Notes: generated from the letters alone by a model not told the origin. 59,931 nucleotides of DNA, filler included, from 5 parts of 5 records of this genome joined end to end with filler, not necessarily neighbours in it; one strand, 5' to 3'. Shown: positions 18,666-29,223, counted from the first letter of the whole stretch. Numbers and translations: made by a program.

Positions 18666-19330
18666 TCAGGCAGGTCCCCCGCCTCATCGGCGGCCACGAC
18701 CCAGTCTTCCTTCAGGGCCGCGTCGATCCAGGGCGCGAGATCGACATCGTCGAGCACCTGCTCGCAGTAGGGGCGCAGGTCATCCGGAACCGCGACACCG
18801 TAGGTCTGAAAACGCAGGACCACCGGCGCAAACATGGCATCAGCCAGACTGTAACTGCCAAGCAGCCAGGGGCCGCTACCCCGATGGTGCGCCAGCGCAT
18901 CGCGCCAGAGCGCCCAGATGCGCTCTATATCCCGCTCCAGGCCGGCATCTATCGGCACCCGGCGGCCACGCGCTCGTATGTTCATCGGCATAGCCTGGCG
19001 CAGATGGGTGAAACTGCTGTGCATTTCAGCACTCATGCAGCGCCCAAGCGCGCGACTGGTGGCGGATTCCGGCCACAGGCTGCCTTGCGCCAACTCCTCA
19101 TTAACGTACTCGCCAATCGCCAGCGAGTCCCATATGCGTTGTCCGCCATGCAAAAGCACCGGCACCCGCGCGGACGGGGAATAGTCAGTGATCCTGGCGG
19201 CAAACTCCGGGGTATCCAGCGGCAGCAGGATCGTTTCGAAGGGCGCACCGCTCTTGGTTAGCGCCAGCCAGGCCCGCAGGGACCAGGAGGAATAATTGCG
19301 ATTGCCAATCACCAGCTGTGTTTCCGCCAT
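18662..19330 (-). CDS. Glutathione S-transferase family protein
   Basis: [43 protein letters not shown]; start set at ATG 19330. Confidence 0.9.
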   Translation of the reverse strand: MAETQLVIGNRNYSSWSLRAWLALTKSGAPFETILLPLDTPEFAARITDYSPSARVPVLLHGGQRIWDSLAIGEYVNEELAQGSLWPESATSRALGRCMSAEMHSSFTHLRQAMPMNIRARGRRVPIDAGLERDIERIWALWRDALAHHRGSGPWLLGSYSLADAMFAPVVLRFQTYGVAVPDDLRPYCEQVLDDVDLAPWIDAALKEDWVVAADEAGDLPD

Positions 19331-19438
19331 CTCGCTCTCCGCATCCGGGGCACCGCCCGAATTTACCTGCCACCACGGCGGGTCTACAATAGCGGCTTTG
19401 CGCTCTCTGCGCGAACCATCGGCAACAGGAAGCACCGC

Positions 19439-20839
19439 ATGACAAGTTTCGATTACGATGTTCTGGTAATCGGCAGTGGCCCCGCCGGCGAGAGCGCGGC
19501 CCTCAATGCGTCCAAGCACAACAAACGTGCGGCGGTTATCGAAGACCGGTCCATGGTGGGCGGCAGCTGCACCCACCGCGGGACCATTCCTTCCAAGGCC
19601 CTGCGCCACGCGGTCAAGCAGCTGATGCGTTTCAACACCGGCAAGTTGTTTCGGGAGATCGGCCACAATCGTCAGATCCCCTACCCCACGGCCCTGTCAG
19701 TCGCGGCCGGTGTGATCGAGAAGCAAGTGGAAATGCGCAGCAAGTTCTATGCGCGCAACGGTATCAATATCTATCGCGGCGAGGCCTATTTCGTGGACGC
19801 CCACACGCTTGCGATTCGCGAGGCTGACGGCAGCATAGAGCAAATCACTGCACAGGATATCGTCATCGCTACCGGTTCGCGTCCCTACCGTCCGGAGGAC
19901 GTGGACTTCAAGCACCCACGGGTCTATGACAGCGATACCATTCTCGACCTGCAACATACACCGCGCAAAATCCTGATCTACGGTGCTGGCGTAATCGGCT
20001 GTGAGTACGCATCCATCTTTTCCGGCCTGGGCATCAAGGTAGAACTGGTCAATAACTTCGACTACCTGCTCGCCTTCCTGGATGACGAGATTTCGGTCGC
20101 CCTGAATTACCACCTGCGCGACCTGGGCGTTATGGTCCGCCATCGTGAGGAGTACGAACGGGTGGAGTGCGGAGACAGCGGCGTGGTTCTGCACCTCAAG
20201 TCTGGCAAGCAGCTCCGTGGGGACGCGCTGCTGTGGTGTAACGGGCGTACCGGCAACACCGACAAACTGGCCCTGGAGTCTGTCGGCCTGGAAGCGGATC
20301 GCCGTGGACAGCTGGTAGTCAATCACCACTACCAGACATCGGTCGCCAATATTTACGCGGTCGGGGATGTTATCGGCTGGCCCAGCCTGGCCAGCGCCGC
20401 CTACGACCAGGGACGTTCGGCAGCGGCGGTATCCCGTGGCAAGGAGACTGTCCGTTACGTGGATGATGTGCCGACCGGCATTTACACGATTCCCGAGATC
20501 AGCTCCGTGGGGCGCTCGGAGAGAGAACTTACCGAGGCGCGGATTCCCTTTGAAGTCGGCCGCGCCTTTTTCAAGGATACCGCCCGCGGCCAGATTTCCG
20601 GTGAAGATGTGGGCATGCTCAAGATCCTGTTCAACCCGGACAACCTGGAAATACTCGGCATACACTGCTTCGGTGCTGAAGCAACGGAAATCATTCATAT
20701 TGGACAAGCGGTAATGAAGCAGTCCGGAGCCGGCAACACCTTGCGCTACTTCATCACCACCACATTTAACTACCCGACGATGGCCGAGGCCTACCGCATT
20801 GCCGCACTAAACGGCCTCAACCGCTTGACCAACTACTAG
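19439..20839 (+). CDS. sthA: Soluble pyridine nucleotide transhydrogenase
   Basis: [51 protein letters not shown]. Confidence 0.95.
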   Translation: MTSFDYDVLVIGSGPAGESAALNASKHNKRAAVIEDRSMVGGSCTHRGTIPSKALRHAVKQLMRFNTGKLFREIGHNRQIPYPTALSVAAGVIEKQVEMRSKFYARNGINIYRGEAYFVDAHTLAIREADGSIEQITAQDIVIATGSRPYRPEDVDFKHPRVYDSDTILDLQHTPRKILIYGAGVIGCEYASIFSGLGIKVELVNNFDYLLAFLDDEISVALNYHLRDLGVMVRHREEYERVECGDSGVVLHLKSGKQLRGDALLWCNGRTGNTDKLALESVGLEADRRGQLVVNHHYQTSVANIYAVGDVIGWPSLASAAYDQGRSAAAVSRGKETVRYVDDVPTGIYTIPEISSVGRSERELTEARIPFEVGRAFFKDTARGQISGEDVGMLKILFNPDNLEILGIHCFGAEATEIIHIGQAVMKQSGAGNTLRYFITTTFNYPTMAEAYRIAALNGLNRLTNY

Positions 20840-20848
20840 GATCCCTCA

Positions 20849-22078
20849 ATGAGCGACAAGACCGCAGCAGCCCGCACCGGACCCGCACCGGAACCCGGCT
20901 GGTACGGGGTGGATCCCGAGACCATGGACCTGAAGGGTGATCCCCACGCACACTATCGCCAGCTGCGCGAGCAGCAGCCGGTAAACCTGACGCCCAACGG
21001 CGAATGGCGCCTGTCGTGCTATCAGGACATCCAGAAGCTGCTCAAACAGAGCAACAGCGGCATGCGCGACCTCGACGGACTGATACCGGGTGAAACCCGG
21101 GAAGAAACCGACGCGTCACGGTTCATGCTGCGCATGGACCCTCCAGACCATGATCGGATACGTCGACTGGTCAGCAAGGCCTTCACCCCCCGGGCGCTTG
21201 ATGCCATCCGCCCGGCGATTCAACCGCTGGTAGATGCCGAACTTAACCGGGTAGCCGCGTCGGGCAGCATGGACATGGTGGCCGATCTCGCCCTGACCGT
21301 CCCCGCCGCTTCCATGTGCGCTATGCTGGGAGTGCCCTTTGAGGACCGTGATCGCCTCTCACGCCTCGTGTCCCTGGCCACCTATCGGCTGGCCAAGCGC
21401 CAGCTTCCGGAACTGCAGCCGCAGGCGGAAGCCGCCATCATGGAACTGGCTGACTACATGTTCCAGCTGATCGAACAGCGGCGGGTGGAGCCTGGATCGG
21501 ACATCCTGAGCCTGATGGTGGCGGCGGAAGAAGCTGGCGACCGCCTAAGCACCGAGGAACTGCTGCAGCAAGGTATCGGCTTATTGGTTGCCGGGCTTGA
21601 GACCACCATCGGCCTGATTGCCAACGGCATGATCGCGTTTGCCCGTAACCCGGACCAGTTCGAGCGCCTGGCCCGGGATCCGGGGCTGGTTCACAGCGCC
21701 GTGGAAGAGTGCCTGCGCTATGAGCCTTCGGTGCCTTACACGGTACGCATCCTGTGGGAAGACACCGAGTTCGGCGGCTATACGATTCCAGCCAATACCG
21801 TGGTCTGGGCGGTGCTGATCGGGGGTAATCGGGATCCGGCGATATTCACTGAGCCCGATCGCTTCGATATTGGCAGGCGCGAGGCCAAACACTGTTCTTT
21901 CGGCGGCGGCATTCACTTCTGCCTCGGTTCCCACCTCGCCCGGCTGAATGCCGAGGTCGCCTTCCTGGCGATGGCGCGGCGTTTTACCCGGCTGCAGGTG
22001 GATGAGCCGGCAATCGAGTGGGCGCCGTCCCTGTTTCGTATTCCGGGAAAGGTGCCGGCGACCTTCGACCGGCGCTAG
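20849..22078 (+). CDS. Cytochrome P450
   Basis: DPPDHDRIRRLV, AGLETT I-helix, EECLR (ExxR), FGGGIHFCLG heme motif. Confidence 0.95.
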   Translation: MSDKTAAARTGPAPEPGWYGVDPETMDLKGDPHAHYRQLREQQPVNLTPNGEWRLSCYQDIQKLLKQSNSGMRDLDGLIPGETREETDASRFMLRMDPPDHDRIRRLVSKAFTPRALDAIRPAIQPLVDAELNRVAASGSMDMVADLALTVPAASMCAMLGVPFEDRDRLSRLVSLATYRLAKRQLPELQPQAEAAIMELADYMFQLIEQRRVEPGSDILSLMVAAEEAGDRLSTEELLQQGIGLLVAGLETTIGLIANGMIAFARNPDQFERLARDPGLVHSAVEECLRYEPSVPYTVRILWEDTEFGGYTIPANTVVWAVLIGGNRDPAIFTEPDRFDIGRREAKHCSFGGGIHFCLGSHLARLNAEVAFLAMARRFTRLQVDEPAIEWAPSLFRIPGKVPATFDRR

Positions 22079-22106
22079 CGACCGCGATCGGCCACTGGCA
22101 GGCGCT

Positions 22107-22895
22107 TCAGCTAAAGCTGCAGCTGCAGCCGCCGACGCCCCCGATCTCGAGACGCACCTCATCGCCCGCCACCACCGGAATCAGTGGCGCCAGGGAGCCT
22201 GACAGAATTACCTCGCCGGCCTTGAACGGGATACCAAACTCGCCCAGCGTATTGGCTAGCCAGGCGACGGCGGTAAGTGGGTTACCCTGCACGGCGCTGC
22301 CCAGACCCTCGCTGTGCAGTTCCCCGTTCTTGAATATCTTCATATGCAGATTGGGCAGGTCGAGGTCCCGCGGGTCGACTTCCTCGCGACCGAAGACGTA
22401 GACACCACAGGAGGCATTGTCAGCCACGGTATCCTGGATCTTGATCTGCCAGTCCTGAATCCGGGAGTCGACGATCTCGAAACAGGGAATGATCGTGGCC
22501 GTAGCGTCGAGCACATCTGCTTCAGTCACTCCCGGCCCCACCAGGTCGCTGCGCAGGCGGAATGCTATCTCACCCTCGGCCCGGGGCTGGATCAGGTTAC
22601 CGGCAATCGGGATATGCGCACCCTCGGGGTATTCCATGGCGTCGGTAAGAAAACCGAAATCCGGCTGGAACACACCGAGCATCTCCTGCACCGGCTTGCT
22701 GGTAACGCCAATCTTCTTGCCGACAATGCGCTCACCATCGCGCTCGATGCGTAACTGCACCATACGCTGGCTGATGTGATAGGCGTCATTTATGGTGATG
22801 TCGGGCTCACGCTCGGTGAGCGGCTGCAGCATCGAGCAAGACTTCAACGCTGTGTAGAGCTCTTCGCCCAGGGCGTTTATCCGCTGCTCATCCAT
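22107..22895 (-). CDS. 2-oxopent-4-enoate/2-hydroxyhexadienoate hydratase (MhpD/HsaE/TesE-like, FAH family)
   Basis: GKKIGVTS, QPDFGFL, PRAEGEIAF, EIVDSRI, DTVADNAS, ILSGS. Confidence 0.88.
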   Translation of the reverse strand: MDEQRINALGEELYTALKSCSMLQPLTEREPDITINDAYHISQRMVQLRIERDGERIVGKKIGVTSKPVQEMLGVFQPDFGFLTDAMEYPEGAHIPIAGNLIQPRAEGEIAFRLRSDLVGPGVTEADVLDATATIIPCFEIVDSRIQDWQIKIQDTVADNASCGVYVFGREEVDPRDLDLPNLHMKIFKNGELHSEGLGSAVQGNPLTAVAWLANTLGEFGIPFKAGEVILSGSLAPLIPVVAGDEVRLEIGGVGGCSCSFS

Positions 22896-23721
22896 GCTGC
22901 AGGAAGTCCAGGCAGGCCCGGTTGAACATATCCTCGTGTTCCACCATCACCCAGTGGCCGCATTCGGTAACAAGGATCAAGCGCAGGTGCTTGATATTGT
23001 GCGCCATGGCCATGATCCCGTTCTCAGGCATCATTTGCTCGTCCATGCCCCAGAACCCCAGTACCGGACAGTCGAGCTCCGCCAGGCGGCCGGTAAGATT
23101 GGGTACCGACATGGTCGCCATCACATGCCCGTTCATAATCTGCATGACCTGCATGCGTTCCTGAACGAGTTCATCGGTGGCGTGTTGCGGATCGTGCATC
23201 AGGCCGGTGGCAAACAGATCCTTCATCACCTCGTGGGTAACCGGCTCGCCGGAACCAAACACCGCAAAGACTTTCTGCATCCCCGGCATCTGCTGGTATT
23301 CCGGCAGCTCGCTCAGCCCGCCCGGTGCCATCAGAATCAGGGAGCTGACTCGCTCCGGGTAGGCCAGCGCCAGGCCCAGAGCCACCGCGCCACCCAGCGA
23401 GTTACCGACCAGGGTAAAGCGGTCTACGCCGGCGCAGTCGAGCGTCTGGATAATACATTCGACAAAGAACTCCAGGGGATGATCGCGGTCGTTTGGCTTG
23501 TCAGAAAACCCATAACCGATGTGGTCGGGGATGATGCAGCGATACCCCGCCTCCACCAGGAAGGGGTAGTTACCCTTGAAGTTACTGTGACCACTGGCTC
23601 CAGGGCCCGAGCCGTGCAGGAATACAACGACCTCACCCTCACCCTCATCGAGGTAGTGGATGCGATAGCCGTTGGCGCACGCTGCGTAATTGCCCTCGGG
23701 CAACAGACCGATCATTCCCAT
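22888..23721 (-). CDS. Meta-cleavage product C-C hydrolase (HsaD/BphD/MhpC-like)
   Basis: LHGSGPGASG, GNSLGG nucleophile, CGHWVMVEH. Confidence 0.85.
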   Translation of the reverse strand: MGMIGLLPEGNYAACANGYRIHYLDEGEGEVVVFLHGSGPGASGHSNFKGNYPFLVEAGYRCIIPDHIGYGFSDKPNDRDHPLEFFVECIIQTLDCAGVDRFTLVGNSLGGAVALGLALAYPERVSSLILMAPGGLSELPEYQQMPGMQKVFAVFGSGEPVTHEVMKDLFATGLMHDPQHATDELVQERMQVMQIMNGHVMATMSVPNLTGRLAELDCPVLGFWGMDEQMMPENGIMAMAHNIKHLRLILVTECGHWVMVEHEDMFNRACLDFLQHG

Positions 23722-23741
23722 GTCAGTTCCTCTACCCGTGA

Positions 23742-24968
23742 CTAGACGGCGTAATCCGCGTTCTCTTCGCCGAACAGGATACCGCCCAGGTTGTTGGCAA
23801 ACGGATTCACATGGTTAGCCACATGAGCCTGGCTGGCCAGAATATCCAGGTGTCGCGCCAGCAGGGGGCTGCCATTGCGGATACCGCTGCTGCCCGACGC
23901 CTTGAGCATCTTGCCGCACAGATCTACGCAGCGGTCAGCAACCACCGCAGAATCGTAGCGGTAGCGAACCCGCTGCTCTACCGGGATGGGTTCGCCGGCG
24001 CGGCAATGAGCCATCATGCTGTCGAAGTTGCGCACCATGGTCAGCTTCATCTCGTCGATCGATGCCTTTACCTCGGCAGCCAGGGCCCGGGCAAAAGGAT
24101 CGTTCTTCATCTTGTTGGGGCCAACCTGCCGGGTCTTTGCGACCTCGATGTAATCCTCCAGCGCTCCTTCCAGGGAGCCCAGGCTCGCGGTACACACTGC
24201 ACGCACAAATACCTGCATAAACGGCATGTGATACAACGGTGCGTCATTCACTGCGTTACCCGGGTTCTGGCACAGGAAGCCATCCATTGACTTGTGGGTA
24301 CGGTGCTCGGGCACGAAGGCCTTGTCGACTACCACGTCGTGGCTGCCGGTGCCCTGCAGGCCTACCACATCCCAGTTATCGACGATCTCGTAGTCCTCAA
24401 TCGGCACCAGGAAAGTACGATAGTTCGACATATCGAACGGGGCCTCTGGCGTGGGGACGACCGCGCCCAGGAATGCCCACTTACAGTGCTGGGAACCGCT
24501 GGAGAAGCTCCAGCGGCCGCTCAGGCGATACCCGCCGTCGACGACCTCTACCTTGCCTACCGGGGCATAGGACGATGAGATGAGTACGGACGGGTCGTCC
24601 GCCCAGACATCCTGTGCAGCCTGGTCGTCAAAAACAGCAAGCTGCCAGTTGTGCACTGCAACCACACCCAGCACCCACGCGCTGGACATGCAGTGTTTGG
24701 CGACCTCAAGGCCGACAGAGTAAAAGACCTGGGGATCCATGGCATAGCCGCCCCACTGCTCCGGCTGCAAAATCTTGAAAAATCCTGCTTCCTGGAACTC
24801 ACGAATGGTTTGTTCGGGTACCCGGCGATCGGCTTTGCACTGCGCAACCCGCTCGCGCAGGGCTGGCCCCATGGCGCGCGCTGCTTCCAGCAGTTGTTCC
24901 GCCCGGGCGGAACCCAGGCTGTATTCGCTGGCCGGCTGGTCAGTATCGATATTCTGGTGACTGGTCAT
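23742..24968 (-). CDS. Flavin-dependent monooxygenase, oxygenase subunit (HsaA-like, acyl-CoA dehydrogenase fold)
   Basis: ILQPEQWGG, VHNWQLA, ISSSYAPVG, WSFSSG, WDVVGLQGTGS, close to recalled HsaA motifs; start set at ATG 24968. Confidence 0.82.
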   Translation of the reverse strand: MTSHQNIDTDQPASEYSLGSARAEQLLEAARAMGPALRERVAQCKADRRVPEQTIREFQEAGFFKILQPEQWGGYAMDPQVFYSVGLEVAKHCMSSAWVLGVVAVHNWQLAVFDDQAAQDVWADDPSVLISSSYAPVGKVEVVDGGYRLSGRWSFSSGSQHCKWAFLGAVVPTPEAPFDMSNYRTFLVPIEDYEIVDNWDVVGLQGTGSHDVVVDKAFVPEHRTHKSMDGFLCQNPGNAVNDAPLYHMPFMQVFVRAVCTASLGSLEGALEDYIEVAKTRQVGPNKMKNDPFARALAAEVKASIDEMKLTMVRNFDSMMAHCRAGEPIPVEQRVRYRYDSAVVADRCVDLCGKMLKASGSSGIRNGSPLLARHLDILASQAHVANHVNPFANNLGGILFGEENADYAV

Positions 24969-25074
24969 GGCGTTCCCCCCCACATACGGTTATCAGACTA
25001 TACACTGCAAATTAAGCGCCCGTTTGACGCCAGTAACATCCTCTATTTGGGGTATGCCCCCGCTGTGCGCCGCG

Positions 25075-25938
25075 TTACTCCACAACCGCATCGCCGAAGC
25101 TTGTCGGCTCACCAAAGAAGGCCCGATGTGATGGTGGCTGGCGGCCATTGACATCGGTAACCCCGTACTCGGCACCCAGCTCGGCACCGATCCAGACTTT
25201 GCCGCTGCGATCCATCAGCTGCGGATCATGGGCCAGGGCATCGATGACACGGCCAGAAAACTGGGGATGCTCACTGGTATCAGCCAGATCGGCATACTTC
25301 TCAGGCTCCGCCTCGAATACCCGTCGAGTGCGCTCGGTGAGCAACAGGCCCATCCACAGGGAGATAACCGCCACATTGTAGGGGCGAAAGTCTACCGCCA
25401 TGTCATGGGCCATTTTGTCAACCGCAGCCTTGCCAGCGCCGTAGGCCGGCCCGTGCATGTATATCCGGCCACCGAAGGACGAGGTGTTCACGATCAAGCC
25501 GCTGCCATTGGCCAGCAACAGGGGCGCCGCGTACCAGCTCGCCGTGTAATACGACCGCATCCCCACATCAAGCAGGTCGGTCAGGGCCAGTGGCTTTTCC
25601 CAAAACGGTCCGGTTTGGGTCAGGGCATCGGGTAGCGCAGTGGCATTGTTCACCAGGATATCCAGGCGCCCCTGCTCTGCCTGGACCTGTTCGAACAGCG
25701 CAGCGACCTGGGCATCATCGGCATGGTCGCAGTACACCGGTATTCCGGTTCCACCTGCCTCGGTAACCGCGGCTGCCGTCGCACCCACCGTCCCCGGCAG
25801 ATCAGCGTCACCCTCGGCGCGGCTGCGCCCGGTAACGTAAACCGTGGCCCCGGTTGCGCCGAGCGCCAGTGCGATCCCCTTGCCGGCTCCGCGGCTGGCG
25901 CCGGTCACCACGACGACGCGCTGTTTGCCATTGTGCAT
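25075..25938 (-). CDS. Short-chain dehydrogenase/reductase (DHRS1-like)
   Basis: TGASRGAGKG, LVNNA, YGAGK. Confidence 0.88.
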   Translation of the reverse strand: MHNGKQRVVVVTGASRGAGKGIALALGATGATVYVTGRSRAEGDADLPGTVGATAAAVTEAGGTGIPVYCDHADDAQVAALFEQVQAEQGRLDILVNNATALPDALTQTGPFWEKPLALTDLLDVGMRSYYTASWYAAPLLLANGSGLIVNTSSFGGRIYMHGPAYGAGKAAVDKMAHDMAVDFRPYNVAVISLWMGLLLTERTRRVFEAEPEKYADLADTSEHPQFSGRVIDALAHDPQLMDRSGKVWIGAELGAEYGVTDVNGRQPPSHRAFFGEPTSFGDAVVE

Positions 25939-26011
25939 ACTGTTACTCCCATCTTTTTGCCGTGCAGGCCAGGCTGCACTAGAATCCCTGCCATGCTAAA
26001 GCCCCGATCCA

Positions 26012-26827
26012 GTGCCGCCAAGACCGGATAAGCCGGTTGCGACTAGTCTATTGAGCCAGCAACGAGATAAAACCGCGTACCTTGCCGCCCACCCCTGGCC
26101 AGCGCTTGTGCTGACCGCGCTGCTGGGTCTGCCGGCGACCGTCACAGCAGCAGAGCCAGACTCGCGCAAACTGCTGCACCCGGCATCACCGGGGTGGCTG
26201 GGCGCTGTCGGTAAACTTGTGGTGCCGGCGAGCAGGATCAGTCAGGGGCGACGCCAGCATTTCCAGGAAGACTGCAGCGCGACCCTGGTCGCCCCGCCCA
26301 ACAGTGCACAGGCCGACATCATCGTTACCGCCTGGCATTGCCTGGAGTTCTATCGTGACCTGAGCAAACCAATCGTCTTCACCCTGCGCTACGGCCAGGC
26401 GGATGCTCACGCCCACCAGGCCCGGCGCCTGGCAGACGGCGGCGGGATGCATGCAGACTGGGCGATCCTGCGCCTGCAGGCACCGGTTGCCGCAAGTGAT
26501 GTCGCCGGAGTCCCTATTTCCCCCGGCGAGGCGGCGCTCGGGTCGCCGTTGACGATGGCCGGTTTTTCCCGCGATCCCGGACTGGGTGGGCTGGGTGAGC
26601 GCCTGACCTATGACGAAGACTGCCAAATCACCGCCCGTCGGGCCCGGGTCGCGGAAACCGACTGCCAGGCCCACAAGGGCTCTTCCGGGGGCGCGGTGGT
26701 CGCCGGCTCAAGCGGTGGAGGCTATCGCCTGCTGGGGGTTATCTCGGAGGGTGACGGGCGAGCGCTCAGCACCTTTGTACCCGCAGCGAGCTTTCGCGGC
26801 AGTCTCAATCGCTATCTGACGAACTAG
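26012..26827 (+). CDS. Trypsin-like serine protease
   Basis: TAWHC, DWAIL, GSSGG triad motifs; hydrophobic signal-like stretch; start uncertain. Confidence 0.75.
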   Translation: MPPRPDKPVATSLLSQQRDKTAYLAAHPWPALVLTALLGLPATVTAAEPDSRKLLHPASPGWLGAVGKLVVPASRISQGRRQHFQEDCSATLVAPPNSAQADIIVTAWHCLEFYRDLSKPIVFTLRYGQADAHAHQARRLADGGGMHADWAILRLQAPVAASDVAGVPISPGEAALGSPLTMAGFSRDPGLGGLGERLTYDEDCQITARRARVAETDCQAHKGSSGGAVVAGSSGGGYRLLGVISEGDGRALSTFVPAASFRGSLNRYLTN

Positions 26828-27149
26828 TGCTGCCCGCCCTGCCGCGCACAATCGACTCCAGCTCATCCACTGCCTCATCAACCGTGAAATGCCCCGCATC
26901 CTCGTGCTCATCAAACAGGTTGATGAGCCGGTCTGAGCGACGCCCAAGCAGCATCAGCCGCAGGTAAAGACTGTCTTCCAGAGCCGGCTTGCGGATCGCA
27001 TCCAGAACAAAGACCAGCACGCTGACTGGGGACAGCAAGAGATCCCGTAAAGCATCCGCCGCAAGCTTCAGCTGGAACACGAGCAGGTGACGCAGGGCCT
27101 GGTAGCCGCTGACCCGGGCGGTAGAGTTCTCGGGGACTTCGAACAACAT
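26805..27149 (-). CDS. Hypothetical protein
   Basis: AAGGAG RBS; ATG 4 nt after the decarboxylase stop; FQLKLAADALRDLLLSP...SDRLINLF. Confidence 0.65.
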   Translation of the reverse strand: MLFEVPENSTARVSGYQALRHLLVFQLKLAADALRDLLLSPVSVLVFVLDAIRKPALEDSLYLRLMLLGRRSDRLINLFDEHEDAGHFTVDEAVDELESIVRGRAGSTSSSDSD

Positions 27150-27153
27150 GGGG

Positions 27154-28788
27154 CTACTCCTTGCCAGAGCCGTACCATTGGCCGGCCGGCTCGCTGATGA
27201 AGCGGGACTGCTCAAGCTCGATTAGAGTGGGCACGCGACGCCGCTGACTCGCTGCCAGTTCCCGACCCAGGCTGTCCAGGTCGCCGGGCCGCGCGCTGGC
27301 GCAGCCCATCGCCTCGGCCAGGGCGCAAAAGTCCGGGGCGGGAATGTCCACTCCCACCGGTTCGATACCACTGGCAATCATGCCCTGCTCAATCTCACGG
27401 TAACCGTTGTTGTTCCACAGCAGTACGGCGACCGGGAGTTCCGCCTGCACGCCCGCGGCGAGCTCCGCAATCGTGAACTGGGCAGATCCGTCGCCAATCA
27501 AGGCGGCTACCGGCAGGTCGGGTCGGCCAAGCCGGGCTCCCATTGCCGCCGGTATCGCGTACCCAAGGGTGCCGCCGCCGGTTGCCGAGTGGAAGTAACG
27601 CCGCGGCCGGGTGGCCTCGTACTGCCAGACCGCGTAGTAGCTGGGCAGGGTACTGTCTCCCACCAGCAACAGATCGGGCAGGGTCTCGCGCAGCACATCG
27701 AAAATAGCCTGGAACTGCGGGTGAAAATGCGGTTCGGCAAAGACTTCGCCCCGCGCCCTGGCAACCCGGCTGGCGCCCTCACCCTGCTCCCGCTCACCCA
27801 CAGCTTGCGCCAGGGCCAGCAGCGCAAGCCGCGCATCACCGCACAGGGCCACGGTGGGTCGCTGATTGCGGGTCAACTGGGCGGGATCAATATCCACGCG
27901 TACCAGCGGCGGCGCGAGCTCCAGGTCGCCCAGGAACAGCATATCGAAATCGGTTTCACCGAACTCGGTGCCCACCGCAAGCACCGCATCGGAGTCATTG
28001 AGCAAGCGCCGGACTGCAGCAAGACTCGGACTGCCCCCTACCGCCAGCGGATGTCCGGCGGGCAGCAGCCCCTTGCCATTGACCGTGTTGATTACCGGCG
28101 CATCGAGCTTAGCCGCCAGCAGCGCCAGGGCTTCAGCGGCATTAATCGCACCACCCCCCACTACTATGCAGGGGCGCCGGGCACCATCGAGCAGTTCTGC
28201 GGCGCTGGCGACCATCTCCGGGGCCGGCCCCGGCGCGGCACTTATCGGCCAGGGCGCAACGGGCACATGACTGGCATCGGCCTCGATCACATCCAGCGGA
28301 ATTTCAATGTGGACCGGGCCGGGACGCTGGGCTGCAAACAGGGCGAAGGCCCGCGCCAGCACCCGCGGCAGCTCGTCCGGTCGCATCAGGGTATGACTGA
28401 ACCGGCTGCACTGACTTGCCAGGGCACCCTGGTCCGGCAGTTCGTGCAGGTGACCCTCGCCCATGCCCAGCTGGTGTCTGGCTGCCACCGCGCTGATCAC
28501 CAGCATCGGCACGGAATCCGCCATCGCCTGCATCATCGGCGTGAGCGCATTGGTCAGTCCCGGGCCGCTGATCAGGAAGCACACACCGGGCTTGCCGGTT
28601 GCCCGCGCGTAGCCATCGGCCATGAACCCGGCGCCCTGTTCGTGGCGAGGTGAAACATGTCGGATCGTGCTGCCGGCCAGGCCGCGGTAGAGCGGCACCG
28701 TGTGGTTCCCGGGAATACCGAACACCGTATCGACGCCGTGAGCAACCAGCAGCTCCACCAGGCGTTCCCCGCAGGTGACCGCCGGCAT
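27154..28788 (-). CDS. ThDP-dependent decarboxylase (AruI / 5-guanidino-2-oxopentanoate decarboxylase-like)
   Basis: VFGIPGNHT, RHEQGAGFMADGYAR, LHELPDQ, GTLGYAIP, GDG...NN ThDP motif. Confidence 0.8.
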   Translation of the reverse strand: MPAVTCGERLVELLVAHGVDTVFGIPGNHTVPLYRGLAGSTIRHVSPRHEQGAGFMADGYARATGKPGVCFLISGPGLTNALTPMMQAMADSVPMLVISAVAARHQLGMGEGHLHELPDQGALASQCSRFSHTLMRPDELPRVLARAFALFAAQRPGPVHIEIPLDVIEADASHVPVAPWPISAAPGPAPEMVASAAELLDGARRPCIVVGGGAINAAEALALLAAKLDAPVINTVNGKGLLPAGHPLAVGGSPSLAAVRRLLNDSDAVLAVGTEFGETDFDMLFLGDLELAPPLVRVDIDPAQLTRNQRPTVALCGDARLALLALAQAVGEREQGEGASRVARARGEVFAEPHFHPQFQAIFDVLRETLPDLLLVGDSTLPSYYAVWQYEATRPRRYFHSATGGGTLGYAIPAAMGARLGRPDLPVAALIGDGSAQFTIAELAAGVQAELPVAVLLWNNNGYREIEQGMIASGIEPVGVDIPAPDFCALAEAMGCASARPGDLDSLGRELAASQRRRVPTLIELEQSRFISEPAGQWYGSGKE

Positions 28789-28791
28789 CAG

Positions 28792-29223
28792 TCAGTAGCC
28801 ATCTGCAGCTTCCGGGTGAGGTTGCGGCTCGGGAGCGGCGACCCCGACGTGCTGCTCGCCCCGGGCCCGCGCCAGCTCGATTTGCTTCTGGCGCTCGGCA
28901 AAGCGGGCCTTCTGATCCGGCGAGAGAGTATCAAAACAACCCGGACAGCAGACACCCTTGACGTACTTGTCCGATTGCTTGTCCTGCTCGGTGATGGGAT
29001 GGCGGCAGCCAAAACACTGGTCGTAGCGGCCCTTTTCCAGCTTATGATTTACCGCCACGCGATTATCAAAAACGAAACACTCCCCTTCCCAGGCAGTCTC
29101 CGCCTCGGGGACCTGCTCGAGGTATTTCAGTATCCCACCCTTCAGGTGATAGACCTCCTCAAAGCCCTCGCGGAGCATAAACGCCGAGGCCTTCTCGCAG
29201 CGGATGCCGCCGGTGCAGAACAT
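28792..29223 (-). CDS. trhO: Rhodanese-domain tRNA uridine(34) hydroxylase, C-terminal part
   Basis: [35 protein letters not shown]-terminal Cys motifs. Confidence 0.88.
   Translation of the reverse strand: MFCTGGIRCEKASAFMLREGFEEVYHLKGGILKYLEQVPEAETAWEGECFVFDNRVAVNHKLEKGRYDQCFGCRHPITEQDKQSDKYVKGVCCPGCFDTLSPDQKARFAERQKQIELARARGEQHVGVAAPEPQPHPEAADGY

Noticed and set aside
19331..20707. N-terminal extension of the GST ORF to 19666 and antisense ORF 19697-20707
   Set aside because: They overlap sthA on the opposite strand; GST homology begins at ATG 19330
7771..24968. Bile-acid symporter linked to the Hsa-like steroid genes as one pathway
   Set aside because: They are separated by a contig spacer and belong to alpha- versus gammaproteobacterial contigs
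27589..28653. 354-aa plus-strand ORF (likewise 22894-23745 and 58713-59771)
   Set aside because: Antisense shadows of well-supported genes with unprotein-like composition
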